Source: Klebsormidium nitens (Eukaryota > Plantae > Klebsormidiophyceae). From it: a stretch of DNA of 64,000 nucleotides. Both the position numbers and the translations under genes were made by a program. Of the stretch, positions 1 to 13,388 are shown piece after piece (positions within the stretch are counted from its first letter, which is position 1; each line of letters opens with the position of its first letter). The notes below the pieces were generated by a model. That model saw nothing but the letters and a program-made list of their open reading frames with translations. It searched no databases and was not told the origin of the DNA. Where the stretch lies: contig DF237183.1 in the NCBI GenBank assembly GCA_000708835.1, positions 68,791-132,790 on the forward strand, given 5' to 3'.

Positions 1-3000
1 ATTCCCCTCTGTCGCGCTTATCGTCTCAACAATGTTCTTAAATTCGGCATAGCTGATCTTCCCATCTGCATCCAAATCTCCCTCCTCGAAGATATCATCG
101 ACCGACCCCTTTATCCCCAGCTCCTTCCGGATCTCTTCCGGTTCCAGGTATCCGTTTTGGTCCTTATCCAGATACTCGAACGCTTTCCGCACACGCCGCT
201 CGAACGCTTTAGCGTCCGCCTCCTCTAGTTGGTGAACATGCATCGCCGCCGACACAAACTCTCGGAAGTCAATCACGCCGTTCTTATCCGTGTCCAACTG
301 CAGAGTACGGCACAGCAGCGACGTCAGCAAAGCGATGCTGTAGTGCCAGCCTGACGTCACGCGCATGGAAGCGCAGTCCGACTAGAACATGTTTCAAGCA
401 GCTTCGGGTTCCATAACACTCGGTCGTCCCAGAGAAAAGGCGCGGATGTGAAGAGAGACAGAGGCCTCCAAGAACTTCAGTCAGGGATTGGGAAAGTGGT
501 CTTGAGATGTTTGGCGAGGCTACAGGGCAACACCCAAATACAATCTCGACCGGAAGGGCCACAAACGCAAGCTGAGCGGCGACCAAGCAAAGTGCACTTC
601 GTCAACACAAGTCTCTGAGTATTCTGAGGTTGCCGCCTGTAAGACGAGACTATTGGTCTTTGCTGTCTTCGCTGAGACAGCGAAAGGCTGAGCGGAATGC
701 GCTTGATAAGGACGTCGGTGTGACCGCATCTTTCAGAGCCGCAACGAAATACGAGTAAGCACGTCGACTAGTGCCGCACAACCCGCACATAGTGGCCGAA
801 GTTTTGAATCGAGATGAGCGAAGAAACACTTTGGCGCTCACCCCCGTAAGCCGATCGAGCAGTGTGGAGTCTTTCCGCTGAAGGATCTTGTAGGGCTTGT
901 TTTTCACTAGCACCTGAAAAAGGAGACTTACAGTGAGCAAACGCAAACGAAAATTCTCGTATCGGAACAAAAGCACAGTATCTTCTCCTCGGAAGCCCTC
1001 TCTCAAGTAGAGATGCGCAAGCTGCATTGGAGCCTTTAGCACGGGCAAGCCTTGCGTTTGCAAAAGCGGACTCTGAAGCCGGATCATGAAGGGTCAATCG
1101 GCGTTATCAGGTTTCAAAAAACAACCTTCATAAGAGAAGATACGCTCGTACCAACATTCAGCAGCAGCCAACGACCCTGAGATAGATGATGCTACGCTAC
1201 ACGTTTCATCAGCGAAGTGGCTTTGGAGTCTGCACGAGCATCTCAGCACGTTGCAGAAGCCCAACGACTTGATAACACGAACAGACGCAGACAAGTAGCA
1301 GCGAATCCGTGACTCAAGAGCACGAGCAGTAGCAATGCAGGGATCCACCTAAGTACAGTTGCGAAACAAACACGCGTGGATGCAAGCCAGTGGCTTAGAC
1401 ACCCGAGCAGAAGTAACATAGGGCAGCACTCACTGGCTACAACGTGACCAGAAACAGACACGCTGCGATGAGCCAATGTGCTGGATAAACGAGCACAAGT
1501 GAACACGTGGCAGCAAGCCAGTGCTTCCAAAAACGAGGAGAACAAACACGTGGCGGCAGCCAATCGACTCACCTTTTTCAGCTCCTCTATCGTGATGGTC
1601 CCCCGCTGCTCTAGATCGATCGCTTCGAATTGGTCCTTCAAGTCCACCAACTCATCGTCTTCCAAAGTTGTCGCCAGCGCCTGCAAAAAGTCCGGGTTAG
1701 GAGTTACTTCAGGTAACGAAAAGATAGGTCAGGTCGCACATGGCTTCTTCTGCCATCATTCTTGAACCACTTTTCGGTTGAATCGGCTTACGTCTGCAAT
1801 ACAAGCTAAAGGGCGCTAAAGACAAAGCGGTCCTTTTGCATTTGTCCGCCAGCGGCTGCGACAAGAGGTCAGCGTGTTCATCGGGACAAAAACGTTGACC
1901 ACTATCCAGGCAACATCAATTTAGTGTTGACTACGAGCTTTCCAACTGACGGCACGGGACCGAAGGAACTCATAGAATCAAGCTCTGAGTGTCAGCCAAG
2001 TTGATGACAAAACGACGGCGATCGTGGGCAACAAACAACCGTTCCGCCATCTAATCCAAAACTGGAAGGTTTTCCTCGCGAACTTTGGAGGAAGAAAGGA
2101 TTTGGAAAGGGGCGACGCCTGACCCGCATGGCGAGCTGCTTGAGCCGGCTGTAGCGCACAAAGGAGCGCAGATTGCTCAGCACGGAGATGTCCAGCGGAA
2201 TGTCGCTCGCCTTGCCGTTCACGCGCACCCACGGATGTGCTGCAGGGGAAAAATGAAGTCGTGTTAAGAACGACGATAACGCAGCTTTTCGGGATCCGGA
2301 ACAGAGCGTTATAAAGTTCACTGCAAACGACAACCCCGAGTGAGGGCATGCTTTGAAACTCCAACTGACACTATTGAGTTGTCAACAGTCGCGCTGCGCC
2401 AGATGATTGTATAATGGGAGGCAGGATCTGAAAACCGGTCGAGGTCCGGACATGAGAAGAATGCATCGTCTTCAGTGGTGCTAAGAAAACCTCTGCCGAG
2501 TTCTCAGGTTACAGGCAACTTGCCCTGGTTTTAAGCTGTCAGCTTGTTACTGATTCATCTAGGATTTAGGTCGGTGCCTTGGAGGCATCAAAAGTCCAAG
2601 TCTGTGGGATAATTGCTGCAATGTCAGGAGGTAATTCAAACGCTGGACGAGAGACTGTGGACTTCTATGATTCAGGACCAAAAGCTGTGCAACTTCAAAG
2701 CGACAGTGCTTCTGTGCAGCTCAGCCTTAGCGCTACGGAGGAGAGATCAAAGCCGTAACGACGTGTTCTTTTATCAGACTCGACCTGCTAAAAGCGAACT
2801 CGACGAAGCAGGCGGTAAGATCGGCGAGGTCTGGTTGCCCCTTGAAGCAGCAAGTGGCGAATGTCGCCAGAAGCGGAGCAATCCCTATTGTCGAGAACAA
2901 CTCAGTACTCAAACTGCCGGACCCAAACGTCCAAATGATCACATGCTTCACTTAAATGAAACGTCACTGCAGGCGAGCAGGAGCGTCCTCCACCGAGGTG

Positions 3001-6000
3001 TAAACAAAGACTCCAGAAGGAATTGTCAAGCTGATGTAGCATGCCTCGAATGGGACAACTCTGGATGCAGGACTGGAACCCTTGTTACCTAGTCCTGTTA
3101 CCAGCGACCGGGGCGCATTTCATACCGTCCCGCCAACGTCGTCCAGCCGTATACAAAGGTGATATAACCAGCGCGGCTCTCTCTGAAAAGGCGAAAGACT
3201 CAAATGTAAGTAAAGCAGAGACCGGGTTCACTCACAGAGCGCCTGCGCGGCGGTGAGGCGCGCCTTGGGGTCCTTTTTGAGCAGCTTCTTGACGAACTGG
3301 ATGGCCAGCGGGGACACCTGCGGCCACGGGTGGTCGCGGAAGTCGGGCTTTCCCTTGAGCACCTGAATAAAGGAACGAGATGCAAAAGCAGGGTTAAAAG
3401 AGGGATTAGTCACTCACGAGTCGGACGCTCTCTTGGGTTGCTTAAACGCGATCAACAGCAAATGGAGGAAGCAAACGGCAGTGTCAGCAGGACTTCGGGC
3501 TTGCCATTCCGAACCTGAAGAAACGGGCGAGGCGCATAATCCGCGTGAAATACAGGATCGCTGAATCAGGAACCCAACGCTCTTTCGATTGTTAGTGAAC
3601 GCGGTCAACAAGACTTGGAGGAAGCAAAGGTCGGTCAGCAGCAACTCGGGCTTGCCCTTGAGCGCCTGAAGGAAGGGGCGAGATGCAGGATCAGCAACAA
3701 ACACAAGGTTATCAACTTTTGAACGCATCGCTTTCTCGGCTGATAGCGGACCAAATCAAAGGAAGCAAACACCGGAGATTTGGGCCTGCCCGTCATACCC
3801 GGAGCGACGGAACAACACCAGGTTTTAAACGGGCAGAATCGCGTGTTGCGAGGAGCGGTTTTGCGCACTTCGCATGCGTCCAAGCGACGCGACTTAGACA
3901 CAAACCGTCAACGCATTGGGACGTCAAAGCAGCCATTATCAGGGGTGCTAAAATTCGGAGTTCTGAAGGATGAACTCCAGCTTTCGAATATTATGTAGCA
4001 TGTTAAATAGCGCCGTAATAAGACTCCAGGTTCCGGATGTTGCGTAGAGCCATGATTCCTCCAAGACTTTCGCTGACCAGCGCCGCACAGGTAGGACCTG
4101 ACTGTTGTAAACACCATCCTTGACTGTGCGCTTGCCGTCATCTTCAGCATCTCCAGAGTGTTTCGATCTCCGGAGGATGAAACCGACCGGCCATTCTAAC
4201 CCGTCTCCTTAACGGGTCTTCCCGGTTACTCATGCCCTTGCTGGAAATGCATAATTGAGAGCTTTTCAAACTTCAGCTGCAGCGAGCAAAGGCCCGAAAA
4301 AGGCGCACCTCCTTGAAGATGCCGTCTTCCGTCCTGTCCCAGAAGGGTCGCCGCCCGCACAGCAGAATGTACGTAATGACCCCGACGCTCCACACGTCCG
4401 CCTCCGGCCCCGACTTGCGCTTGAGCACCTCGGGGGCAACGTAGTAGGCGCTTCCCACCACGTTGCTGAACTTTTTGCCTGGCACAAAGAGGAGAAGAGA
4501 GAGTCAGCGTCTGGCAAATGATTTCTTTCGGAACCCGTGAGAGGAAAATGCGGATTCCTAGAAGCCTCTTGGCGGACCCCCTTCGCTGCCCAGCCTCTGA
4601 ATCGAATGTGGAACTCGATATCCTCACCCAATCTGAACCGTCGATTGGGGGGATAATAACCAGGGAGAACGTCGCTGAAAGCCCACGTTCTCCATCAAAC
4701 CATTCCGTCAGCGCTACACGACACCTGCTAGAGGCAGCTTTCTAGCTCCTTCACACAGAAGCTTTTCCAAGTAGTGGGCAGCACCTAGTAATGGACAGGC
4801 CCCCAGCTTGGTAGTCCAAACGATTGGTGGGGCGGCGTACTTCAGAACTGGCACGTTGCTGAAGGTTGTGCTCAGAGAAAGACAACAGTAGAAGCAAGTT
4901 TCTCAGGGTCTTCGAGTTTTACAAGTTTTAGAAACGGAAGAGAGAAGATAAGGGCTCGCTCATCGTGGGAAGACTTTGGGGAAGAGGACAGGTCAGTTTC
5001 TCGACTCCGCCAGCGTGTCCTCTGACTTCCTTCGAGTGGCCCCAGGAGCGAGAGCTCACAAAACGAAACGGATATCGTTCGGCGCAGATGATGGAGAGCC
5101 TCCAAACAGCGAGTCGGAGTCGCGGTAAGCTACTTAAGAAACTTCGCTGAGTTCGGAACTAGAGAAGGCCCAAAAAAGGTCAGAGGAATCCGCAGATGCC
5201 AACGGCGGACTCACCCGGCTTGTAAAATTCGGACAGCCCAAAATCGACGGCCTTGAGAGGCGCGTCTTCCGCCTTCGATTTGAAAAGAAAGTTCTGCAGA
5301 GCGAAGCACGACGGGTGAGTAGCAAAAGAAGCGTGCTTTAAGGAGATTCTAAGGACTCGGACCCCAGCAAAACGCAACGCATAAATGAAGCGGGAAGAAG
5401 CGGGAAGAGGGTCCGGGGCGTGGAACGGATACAAAGGCGGAGTGTTCAATCTTTGTGCGAGCGAATGTAAACACGCATTATTAGCGGGTGCAGGGGTTAT
5501 CTGCAGCTTGTTGCGGCTTGCAATTGCGGCTTGCTTCTGGAAGCGGGCACTCCCGTTTTTGCCACGAGGTCTCCTTCAACCTTTGCAGAGACAGAATCTA
5601 TAACCCAACTTTTACAGGTCTGGTCACTGGTGTTTGAGATAGGATCTCTCACCTCAGGCTTCAAGTCCCTGTAAACAAAAGACGTCAGCGGGCGTCAGCA
5701 AGAGGAAGAGACACCACCTTCTTGTAATAATGCAGAAACTCTCGTTTCCGAGCATACTCCTGATCCTCTCTTGCTAGGCGCACGTCAACCCCAGCACAGA
5801 AGATCCGTCAAAACACTGTGTCTTTCTTGACTTCCATAAGTCGTCAGCAAAAGCGCTTCACTATCTGCCCCACAATTCTCCAGACGTGAATTTGGGCGCA
5901 CTTGCGTCTATTGTACGCTCACTTATCTCAGAAACAGTTTCTGAAACACTGAAGTCCAGTTATGATCCACGCGGGGCAGCCGTAAGTGACGAGAGCAGAA

Positions 6001-7956
6001 TTGGCAGGACAATGCGACTGTTGCGGAGAGGTGAGATGCTAAAATGTCGGAAGTCTCACCTATGCACAACGCCAAAGAGGTGACACCGTGCCACCACGTT
6101 CAGCATCTGGCGCACCACCATGGCGGCATCCTTCTCACTGTAGTGCCGGCCGCGCCTGGACACACCAAAATGACACCAGAATTATCTGGACGTCCTGAAG
6201 GTTGATCATGGCGGTGACTACACAAGTGCTTCGTCTGTTACAAGCGAAGTGTTTCAATAGACGGTTTAGTGGTTTCTGGTTAACCCGTCCGACAGAACCT
6301 GGTCAATGATGGAGGGGGCTGCCTTCATCGGCTCTTCTTGATGAAGGAAAAGTGCTAGAGACTCAAGGAAAAAGACGAAGTCCAACCCACGGAAAGCTTT
6401 CAACAAATCCTACTAGACTGCCAGAACGGATTGACGGCCAATGAAATGATTTGTTATTCGCAATCGCAACAAAGCTATTCACTCGGCAACAAAGCTATTC
6501 ACTCGGCCGTGTACCTCGCATATGGAAAAACAAGCATCGCTGCCTCTGGCTTTTGGCAGCGCGCATTTCTTCAGTACAAGAATTCTGCCTGCGCACCCAA
6601 AAGACTGCATTCCGCCACCGTCAAAGATTTCAAGTTCGCGTGACCCGAACCTCAACGCAGAACAGCAGTTGAGCATGCTTGACTGCGGAGAGCCTGCGAT
6701 TCGATGACACCGCAGCGGCCACGGCCCCACGAAACATATCACTTACTTTGCCAGTATTCTGTCGAGCAACTCGCCCCCCTCGCACAACCTGCGCCAATGA
6801 GGGAAAACAAGGTCACACCTTGGGTAGCACGGAGCAAGTTGGATGCACAAGAATCTTCTCTGATGAAGGTTTGAGGACTGTAGATCACAGTACCAGGAAT
6901 CACTTGTCAAAGAGTATCGCTCGGCGCTCCTTCCAACAGCAAGGTGGCAAGCAGAAGTCTGAAGATTCTCCTTCTTGGACTTTCACAGGCCTTGCAGATG
7001 GCAGCAATTGGTGTGTGAGATCTGCCAAGATGGGGTCAGTTTCTTCTCCGGACACTTCCGGACATCTATCCTGGCCTACAAAAGGGTCTGCGCAAAGCGC
7101 CCTCCAGCCAAGAGCGGCTGCAAAGAGCGCGCGGAGCTCACTCCATGACAATGAAAACCCGCTCCGCGTCCTCAAATGCGTCGATGTACTGTACCACATT
7201 CTCGTGGCCCTTGAGAAGGCTTAGAATCTGGACCTCGCGCTTCGTGTCCTCTACGTCCACAGGCGTGGTGAGCTGCGGGGCAAAGGGGCCATTTTAACGT
7301 TTAGGGTTTCCACGAGGGTTTGTATTCTGGGTTGCGGATAAGCGGGGTGCGAAGATGGGAAGAGAAGCCCCCTTGATGGTCTGGCATCTCTGGCAGGTTG
7401 GCATGGTAAAACGCTGAGACGAGTTTCGGAAGGACTGCACACAACAGCTGTTTCATAAACACTGATACGCTTCTATGACATAGGGCAAGAGCATCTGAAA
7501 TGTTGAAGCGTCGGCGCCTAGAAACCGAAAGCTCACTCGATCAAGAAGGGTGTGTCCCGGTCGGAGAAATTACATTAAGCTGGCGCACATACCCGGCAAT
7601 GACTCCTCATGTCAACAACAAGTGCATCTCAGAAATTCAATTTTGGTAAGTTTTGCCACACTCAAGTGTGCTAAGTTCAGAACGTTCTTGTGAGTACCAA
7701 AAACGGGCACACCGCTCACCGTCTTCTTGAGGATCATCTTCACGGCCACCTGTTCCTGCGTCTCCAAATTCCTGGCGGCGTATGTGACTCCAAATTGCCC
7801 CCGCCCCAGTTCCTTCCCCCGCACATAATGCGCTTCAAAGTTGCGCTTGTACCCAAACTCAACATTTATGGGGAGCGCCTGGGGGGCCTTCTTCAGGTTG
7901 GCGACATGGGCGGTCACGCCTGACACCGCATCTTCGTGGCTCAGGCACTGGCCCAT
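1..7956 (-). CDS. CPK: Calcium-dependent protein kinase, group IV (CPK16/18/28-like); 12 coding exons, 3' end runs off the window edge
   Basis: Phase-consistent exons: 7956-7720, 7272-7142, 6788-6747, 6155-6060, 5668-5653, 5293-5215, 4478-4309, 3362-3236, 2239-2124, 1680-1573, 913-842, 297-<1. Kinase motifs GRGQFG, VAVK, HRDLKPEN, DFG, YYVAPE. Junction region [25 protein letters not shown] hands [40 protein letters not shown]...Y..GKELG and [16 protein letters not shown] match group IV CDPKs as I recall them. N-terminal MGQC suggests acylation. Confidence 0.95.
3330..3700 (-). repeat. Three tandem ~151-bp units, each with a 3' splice site plus the start of CDPK exon 8
   Basis: CAG|GTGCTCAAGGGAAAGCCCGAC at 3362 (functional), CAG|GTTCGGAATGGCAAGCCCGAA at 3514 and CAG|GCGCTCAAGGGCAAGCCCGAG at 3665. 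The intronic flanks are also similar. Confidence 0.85.
6466..6505. repeat. Perfect 20-bp tandem duplication in a CDPK intron
   Basis: GCAACAAAGCTATTCACTCG occurs twice in tandem. Confidence 0.9.
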
Positions 7957-10900
7957 TGCGACAGCCGCCCAGTGTCAAGCGGCCTGGTGGCCGCCTGTTT
8001 TCGGTTCTTGACGGTTCGGGCTTTCTTGCTGAAAATCCTTTGCCTCAGGAATCAGCCACAATGCTGACACCTAAAAACTTTTCGACGCGTAGTTGTTGAT
8101 TCCCACGCTAAAACTTCTCTAAGTCTCCTGTCAGAGATCAACCCTCCAAATTGAAGAATTCACTAGCTTCGTTTAGACACGATTCCCCGCCCAAAGCGTT
8201 AAACAGAGCTAATTCACCAACTTCCGGAGCTAGTTTACCAACTCTGGGCTCCAATGTCTTCCCCAAACTTTGCCTCTACTGTCGCATTCTCCTTCTGGGG
8301 GAATACAGGTCGTCAAGCGAACATAAAATGTGACCGGTCCTGCAGCAAGCGAGGCTGGTCAGGCTTGATTGACAACTGACCTCGCTATGTATGGCTCCAT
8401 GAGTCAAAATCTGGTACACTTTGGAAGCTCAGCTTTCCGAAGCTGAAACATTCCCAAGCTGAAACAAAGTACTGCATTGCTAACCTAATGTTTCAATCTA
8501 AATTCGTACATTCAAGTGCATTAAACAAACATAGGTTTCAGATCGGTCCCAAGCAGTAGCCTCTTTCCATGGAGCTGCACTCTTACGGAGCACAAGGAGG
8601 CAGAGCTAAGAACTTTGCACAGAGGTATCTGGCTAGACGGCAGGCATCTTTACACTGAAAGTCACGTGTCCTGAGCGAATTTTACCCCAAAGAATTTTTC
8701 TAGCTGCTGTTGCGTGGTGATCATCAAGGGAGAGGTTGCAAAAATGCAGCTGTGAGAAGTCTCAGAAGATACTAACAATCTCCTAAGATTGGGGAAGACC
8801 AGCTCAAGAAAAGTTGAGGCCCAGATGTAAATCAGTGTCAACTTATGTCCATTGCTAGACAGGCAAGTAAGCGAAGGGAGCCAAGCACTCACCACAAATG
8901 CTGCACCTTCAACAGTACGGTTCCTCGACAGGTCAACGCTGCCGCAGCGGCCAAAGCAGAAGTCAACCTCTCGTGACTGAAAATGTGCCCTCTCAGATAA
9001 CACAAAAAGCACCTGACCCTTCAATACAATAAGAAAAGTTTCCCCAACAGGCGTGCCACACTATATCAGGAAATCTGAGCGCTTAACCTCTGCAGAGCAT
9101 TGAACTCTCCTCCCAACATGCTAGTGTAGAAGTTGGCTCCACACAGCAACTAATAAAACATTGTTTGAACAATGAAAATAGGTACCCCCTTATTAAGGCT
9201 ACAGCACTGATCAGCTAGGAAGGACGGCCGTAAACTCCATGATGGCACCATTGGCATGGCCCTCGAATGTTCAGCTGTGGAGGAAGCAGCTGCGAAGCCC
9301 TGCATGTGGAGAGGGGTGCGTACTACACGCGTCTGGGCTGTGCTTCACTTCACAGTCACTGCTGCTGACGTCATCCACACGGACCGGAAGATGAGTGCCT
9401 TGAAAGTAGGGAGCCCCCCCGGCAAATAATTTTTGCTAACAGACTCGCATGCAACTTGTGCTTCTCCTTACACCTGAAGGCTGACACCCACGAGAAGTCC
9501 ACGTGGCTCTTCGATCAAATGTGGGCCTGTACGTACTGCAAGTTCAACTTGCCTACCGCGGACCCTAGAGGCTAGTCCTACTGCTTAAATCTGCTAATAG
9601 ACGTAATAGCAATGTCGCTGATTCGCCAGCTAAGTACTACTACCTTTGACGAGCTTGGAGTCACCTCTCAGGATCTCTGCGTCGATCACGTCTTAGCTTG
9701 GAAAAGCGAAAATCTTGTCAGAGCGCAGCCTGCTTGAATGCTGATGAAGCTTGCCGATCGCGTGCAACGTGCTGCAAATCAGAAGAGTGGTTGCTGGGGG
9801 CCCTCAGTGCAGGGCCATCCTTAGAGAGCCTGAAAGATTGAAGAGCGGCACCTACGGAGGTAGCAAGGAGATAGCCGCATGAGCCTCATGCTTGGTTGAA
9901 TTCGATTGAGGGACTTCAGACAGCCGAAATGCAGACCCAATGCAGCAGATTTCAGCGCATATCAGATTCAATTGACTTTTAAAGGTATATAGGTATATGG
10001 ATTTGAGTCATATGATGTTTCAGCCGACGCGGGCAGCTAGGGTCATGGCATAGTAACCTCTCATGGCGTTTCTGATGCATAATTCTCAGTCTCTTAAGTA
10101 CCCCTTTCAGATCCTAGAATTGGTGCGTATCGTGCTCTCGTGCTCGGCATTGAATATGGTTTGACATGTTGGGCACAGTGCATGCATGACCAATATCTCG
10201 GAGGCTCAGACGAGGCTGATGCATTTTACAATTACGTCCATATCCGATAATCCAACGTTCTCGTGCCGACGGCGCGGTTTACCGCCTGCGCAAGGTTCAC
10301 GAATCGAAGCTTCTCAACGATTCATAGGCTTCAATCCGATGTACATCATTTCGTGAAGCTTGCAGGCGGCCCTTAGATCTGTTGTTTGTGTCCTGTGCAC
10401 CTTTGCACCATGGTCTACTGAGTGACTCAGCGCAGATCGAAGCAAAAGTTTGGCACAGTCCGGATTTTTCTGGGCGAGTCACAGTCGCGTCGCGCCAGCG
10501 GCCAATGGCTGCTCAGTGACTGGTCCTTGAGTCGTCCGAAAACTTCGTTGCTTCACAGGCCATATATAGTGGGCTTTGGCACTGCATTTTGAACGGATGA
10601 ACGGTCGGCAACTGAATGTCGGTCATGTCGACGTTGGAGCCGTTCGAGGAGTAAATTGCTGATCGGCAACAGGATCTGACAACAATGGTTGAGGACGAGA
10701 GGAGGGCCGATCATCCGTTCAAAGTTGTCAACAATCGCGTTCATGGTTCATAGTCGACTCAGAGGGCAAGGGATTCATATATACAATTTATCGTTACCTT
10801 TGAAATGAGTGGCCCCTTGCGAAGACCCCTCTACGAGAGTCTCTGCAAAAGATAAAGGTTGATGGACGACTAAGCTTGGCATCCTTTGAAGTCTTGCATC

Positions 10901-11474
10901 TCTTGAAGCGTACCTGCGCAACTGGATCCAAGAAAGACAAAATTAGTGCCTCAAATTCCGGTTCCTGCCAGATTTCGACTCCCCCACGATTGTAGCGACT
11001 CCTCAAAATTGACCAGGCATTAAGAAATAAGCATCGACGAGCAACTTGTAAACGGTTTGAACAGACGACTGCTTGCCGACCTGAAAACACTTGCTAGACA
11101 ATTATAGAATTCCAGGAAAATCTCCATTTCATACTCGAACATCGTCTCCTGAACATCTCCCCACACTTGCAAAGATAGCCTCAGCGCAAGATTCGAGGTC
11201 TCCGTTCAGTCTCGTGGCTAACATTCAAAAGCTTGCCGATTACACAATCCAGTCAATAAGGTCAGATGCAGGATCGCCAACGCTGCTGATCGCACCACGT
11301 ACCATGTTACGGAAAGAAGTGACCCTCAGAATTCAAACATGGTTCAACGACAATCAAAAACCTGAGTCCGTTGGAGCATTCAGTGGAACTTAACCTCAGC
11401 CGCAGACCACCGTGCCTCCAACCTAAAAGACTCTCACCTCAGATCTCACTGTTAATCGTATTCCGGCCCGTAAC

Positions 11475-11936
11475 TCATGCTTTCCCACCATGAACACTCG
11501 ACCTTGCTGGTCGGCTGTCCTCTGTCCCCTTCCCTTCTCCAGTCAGCCCCTGCATAAACTTCGCCTTCCCCCCAGGGGTGTTGCCCTCTTGGGTGACGTC
11601 ATTCAAGCCCCCAACCTCGCCACCAGAAAGATTGCGGAAACCCCCCCCCTGCTTTCCGTCGTCGCCCTCCGTCAACTCCTGCACTTCCCCCGTCTCCCCC
11701 CCTCGGATACCACTGAAAATGCCCCCCTCATTTCCCTTGTCTGCGCCATCGTTCTCTTTACCTACCAGGTCTTTGACGCCCCCCGTCTGGCCGCCGGTGA
11801 TTCCGCTGAACAGGCCCCCCTCATTCTGCTTTTTCTTCTCAGTAAGATCGTTGAACCCCCCAGTGCGCCCACCCGTTAGACCGTCAAAAATACCACCCTT
11901 AGAACCGGACTCCTCGCTTTGACGTTGCTGGTCCAT
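11475..11936 (-). CDS. Gly-rich hydrophilic repeat protein, 153 aa (hydrophilin/LEA-like by composition only)
   Basis: ATG sits just after an acceptor (TTCTCAG|AAAAATG), with a probable 5'UTR intron from a GTGAG donor near 12592. Four to five imperfect repeats GG[IL]F.G[LI]TGG.TGG..DL; no Cys or Trp. Confidence 0.75.
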   Translation of the reverse strand: MDQQRQSEESGSKGGIFDGLTGGRTGGFNDLTEKKKQNEGGLFSGITGGQTGGVKDLVGKENDGADKGNEGGIFSGIRGGETGEVQELTEGDDGKQGGGFRNLSGGEVGGLNDVTQEGNTPGGKAKFMQGLTGEGKGTEDSRPARSSVHGGKA

Positions 11937-13247
11937 TTTTCTGAGAAGCGATGAACAGAGATTGTCAGACTATAGGGGCCAAAACAACAAGAAAAAAAGA
12001 CGTACAGTAGTTGGGTTGGGCGGATCACATATCAAAATCAATGGGAGATAAAGAGAGCTGTTGCACCAATCAAGTTTGGTAGCTCGATGGCGGCAATCCA
12101 TTGTACTACAATCTGCTGCCGACCAAATGTGCAGAGAAACTTGTAACTAGGCAGGTCCTTAGAAGATGTCAGAGCTGCTTAGCTGGTGTGGAACCTGGCA
12201 TTAATGGCAGGCCCCCTGTACTAAACCCTTTCGACAGCACACTCAAAAGAGGCATAGATTTAAAGCTTCAACACAGCTCTTGAATATGGATAAGAATCGA
12301 ACCAAACCACCAAGTGGTCAGCTGCATGCACACAGAAAACGGTGATGTGGCATGCTGGCACGCTTGCACAGCTGCAGGAGAACAGGTAATCTGTGCCTTC
12401 GAGTGGATTATGCTTATTCACCAATGGTCGCTCCACAAACTTAGCTGAAGGTATCATCACAAGTGCCATGACATAACGTCTGTAATGAACAAATAATCGG
12501 CTGGCCACGTTAGCGGCACTGCATGCAATCAAAACCTCCTCGCTTCACCCTTCAAGCAGCTTGCTGCTGAAAGGTAGAATCTATGCAGCTCACCTTCCAA
12601 GCCTTCCCTTCCGAGTTGCTGAGGGAGCCGGCTAGCAACAAAGCTCAGCTGCTCAGATAGCGGTAGCCTGTTATGGCCGCTGGCGTCTGAAACTTCAACG
12701 CGGATTGAAGCCGGGTGCTTTGCCCAGCGCTTTCCAAACCTTGTCAATCAGATTGGTTGACTTGTGCCATCTGCAGTGACATGTGGCCGGGTGACATGTG
12801 CAGCTTTCTCCGCAGGATTTGTCCACAGCAGACCAGCAGCCAGTACGATACGGTATCCCTGAAGTTGATGTTGGGGCAGATGCGCTCTCGCACTCATGCA
12901 CAATCGACTCTTTCAAGTCCGAGCCGGGACTCAATGCGCCTCGGCCGGCCGGCCTGGCCAGATGGCATCTGCATGCACATGAACGGCACGCCGCACGGTC
13001 ACGCATGTGGCTGGCCGCGGGCCGGGCCCGCCAAACCCCCCTCGTTGCACGATAAAAACCTCAAACCGGTCGATCCGGCTGTGGCCTACCGGTCGGGTCT
13101 TGGCCACGTAGGTCGGAGCGATCTAGCTGTGCACGTGAACTGCACGCCCGGGCCGCACGCGGAAGCAGGCGCCCATTGTTGCCGGCCGGGCAACATGAGA
13201 TTGAAGCCTCCGGAGTCCGCAGCCCGGGGGCCGATACTTGGTAACTC

Positions 13248-13388
13248 CGGGGTGACTTAAGATTCACGAGTCCCGGCCAAACAAACTAAAAACCCTAACC
13301 CACATTATCACCCGCTCCGCACCCGAACCCACCCTAACCACCATGCTAACCCCACCCGTCCCCCGGGTGCCTATCTTAAGTCACCCCG
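13248..13388. repeat. Small inverted-repeat element (16-bp perfect IR) with a telomere-like core
   Basis: CGGGGTGACTTAAGAT (13248-13263) and ATCTTAAGTCACCCCG (13373-13388). The core has AACCCTAACCC and CCCTAACC. A weaker outer IR spans 13241-13260 and 13392-13411. Confidence 0.7.

Noticed and set aside
10500-10670. CCAAT and TATATA followed by the short ORF MSTLEPFEE with a possible donor
   Set aside because: No downstream exon could be linked; insufficient support.
12695-13267. Overlapping GC-rich ORFs of 85-181 aa
   Set aside because: Low-complexity Arg/Pro/Ala translations on both strands, as expected from GC content; more likely promoter or repeat DNA.
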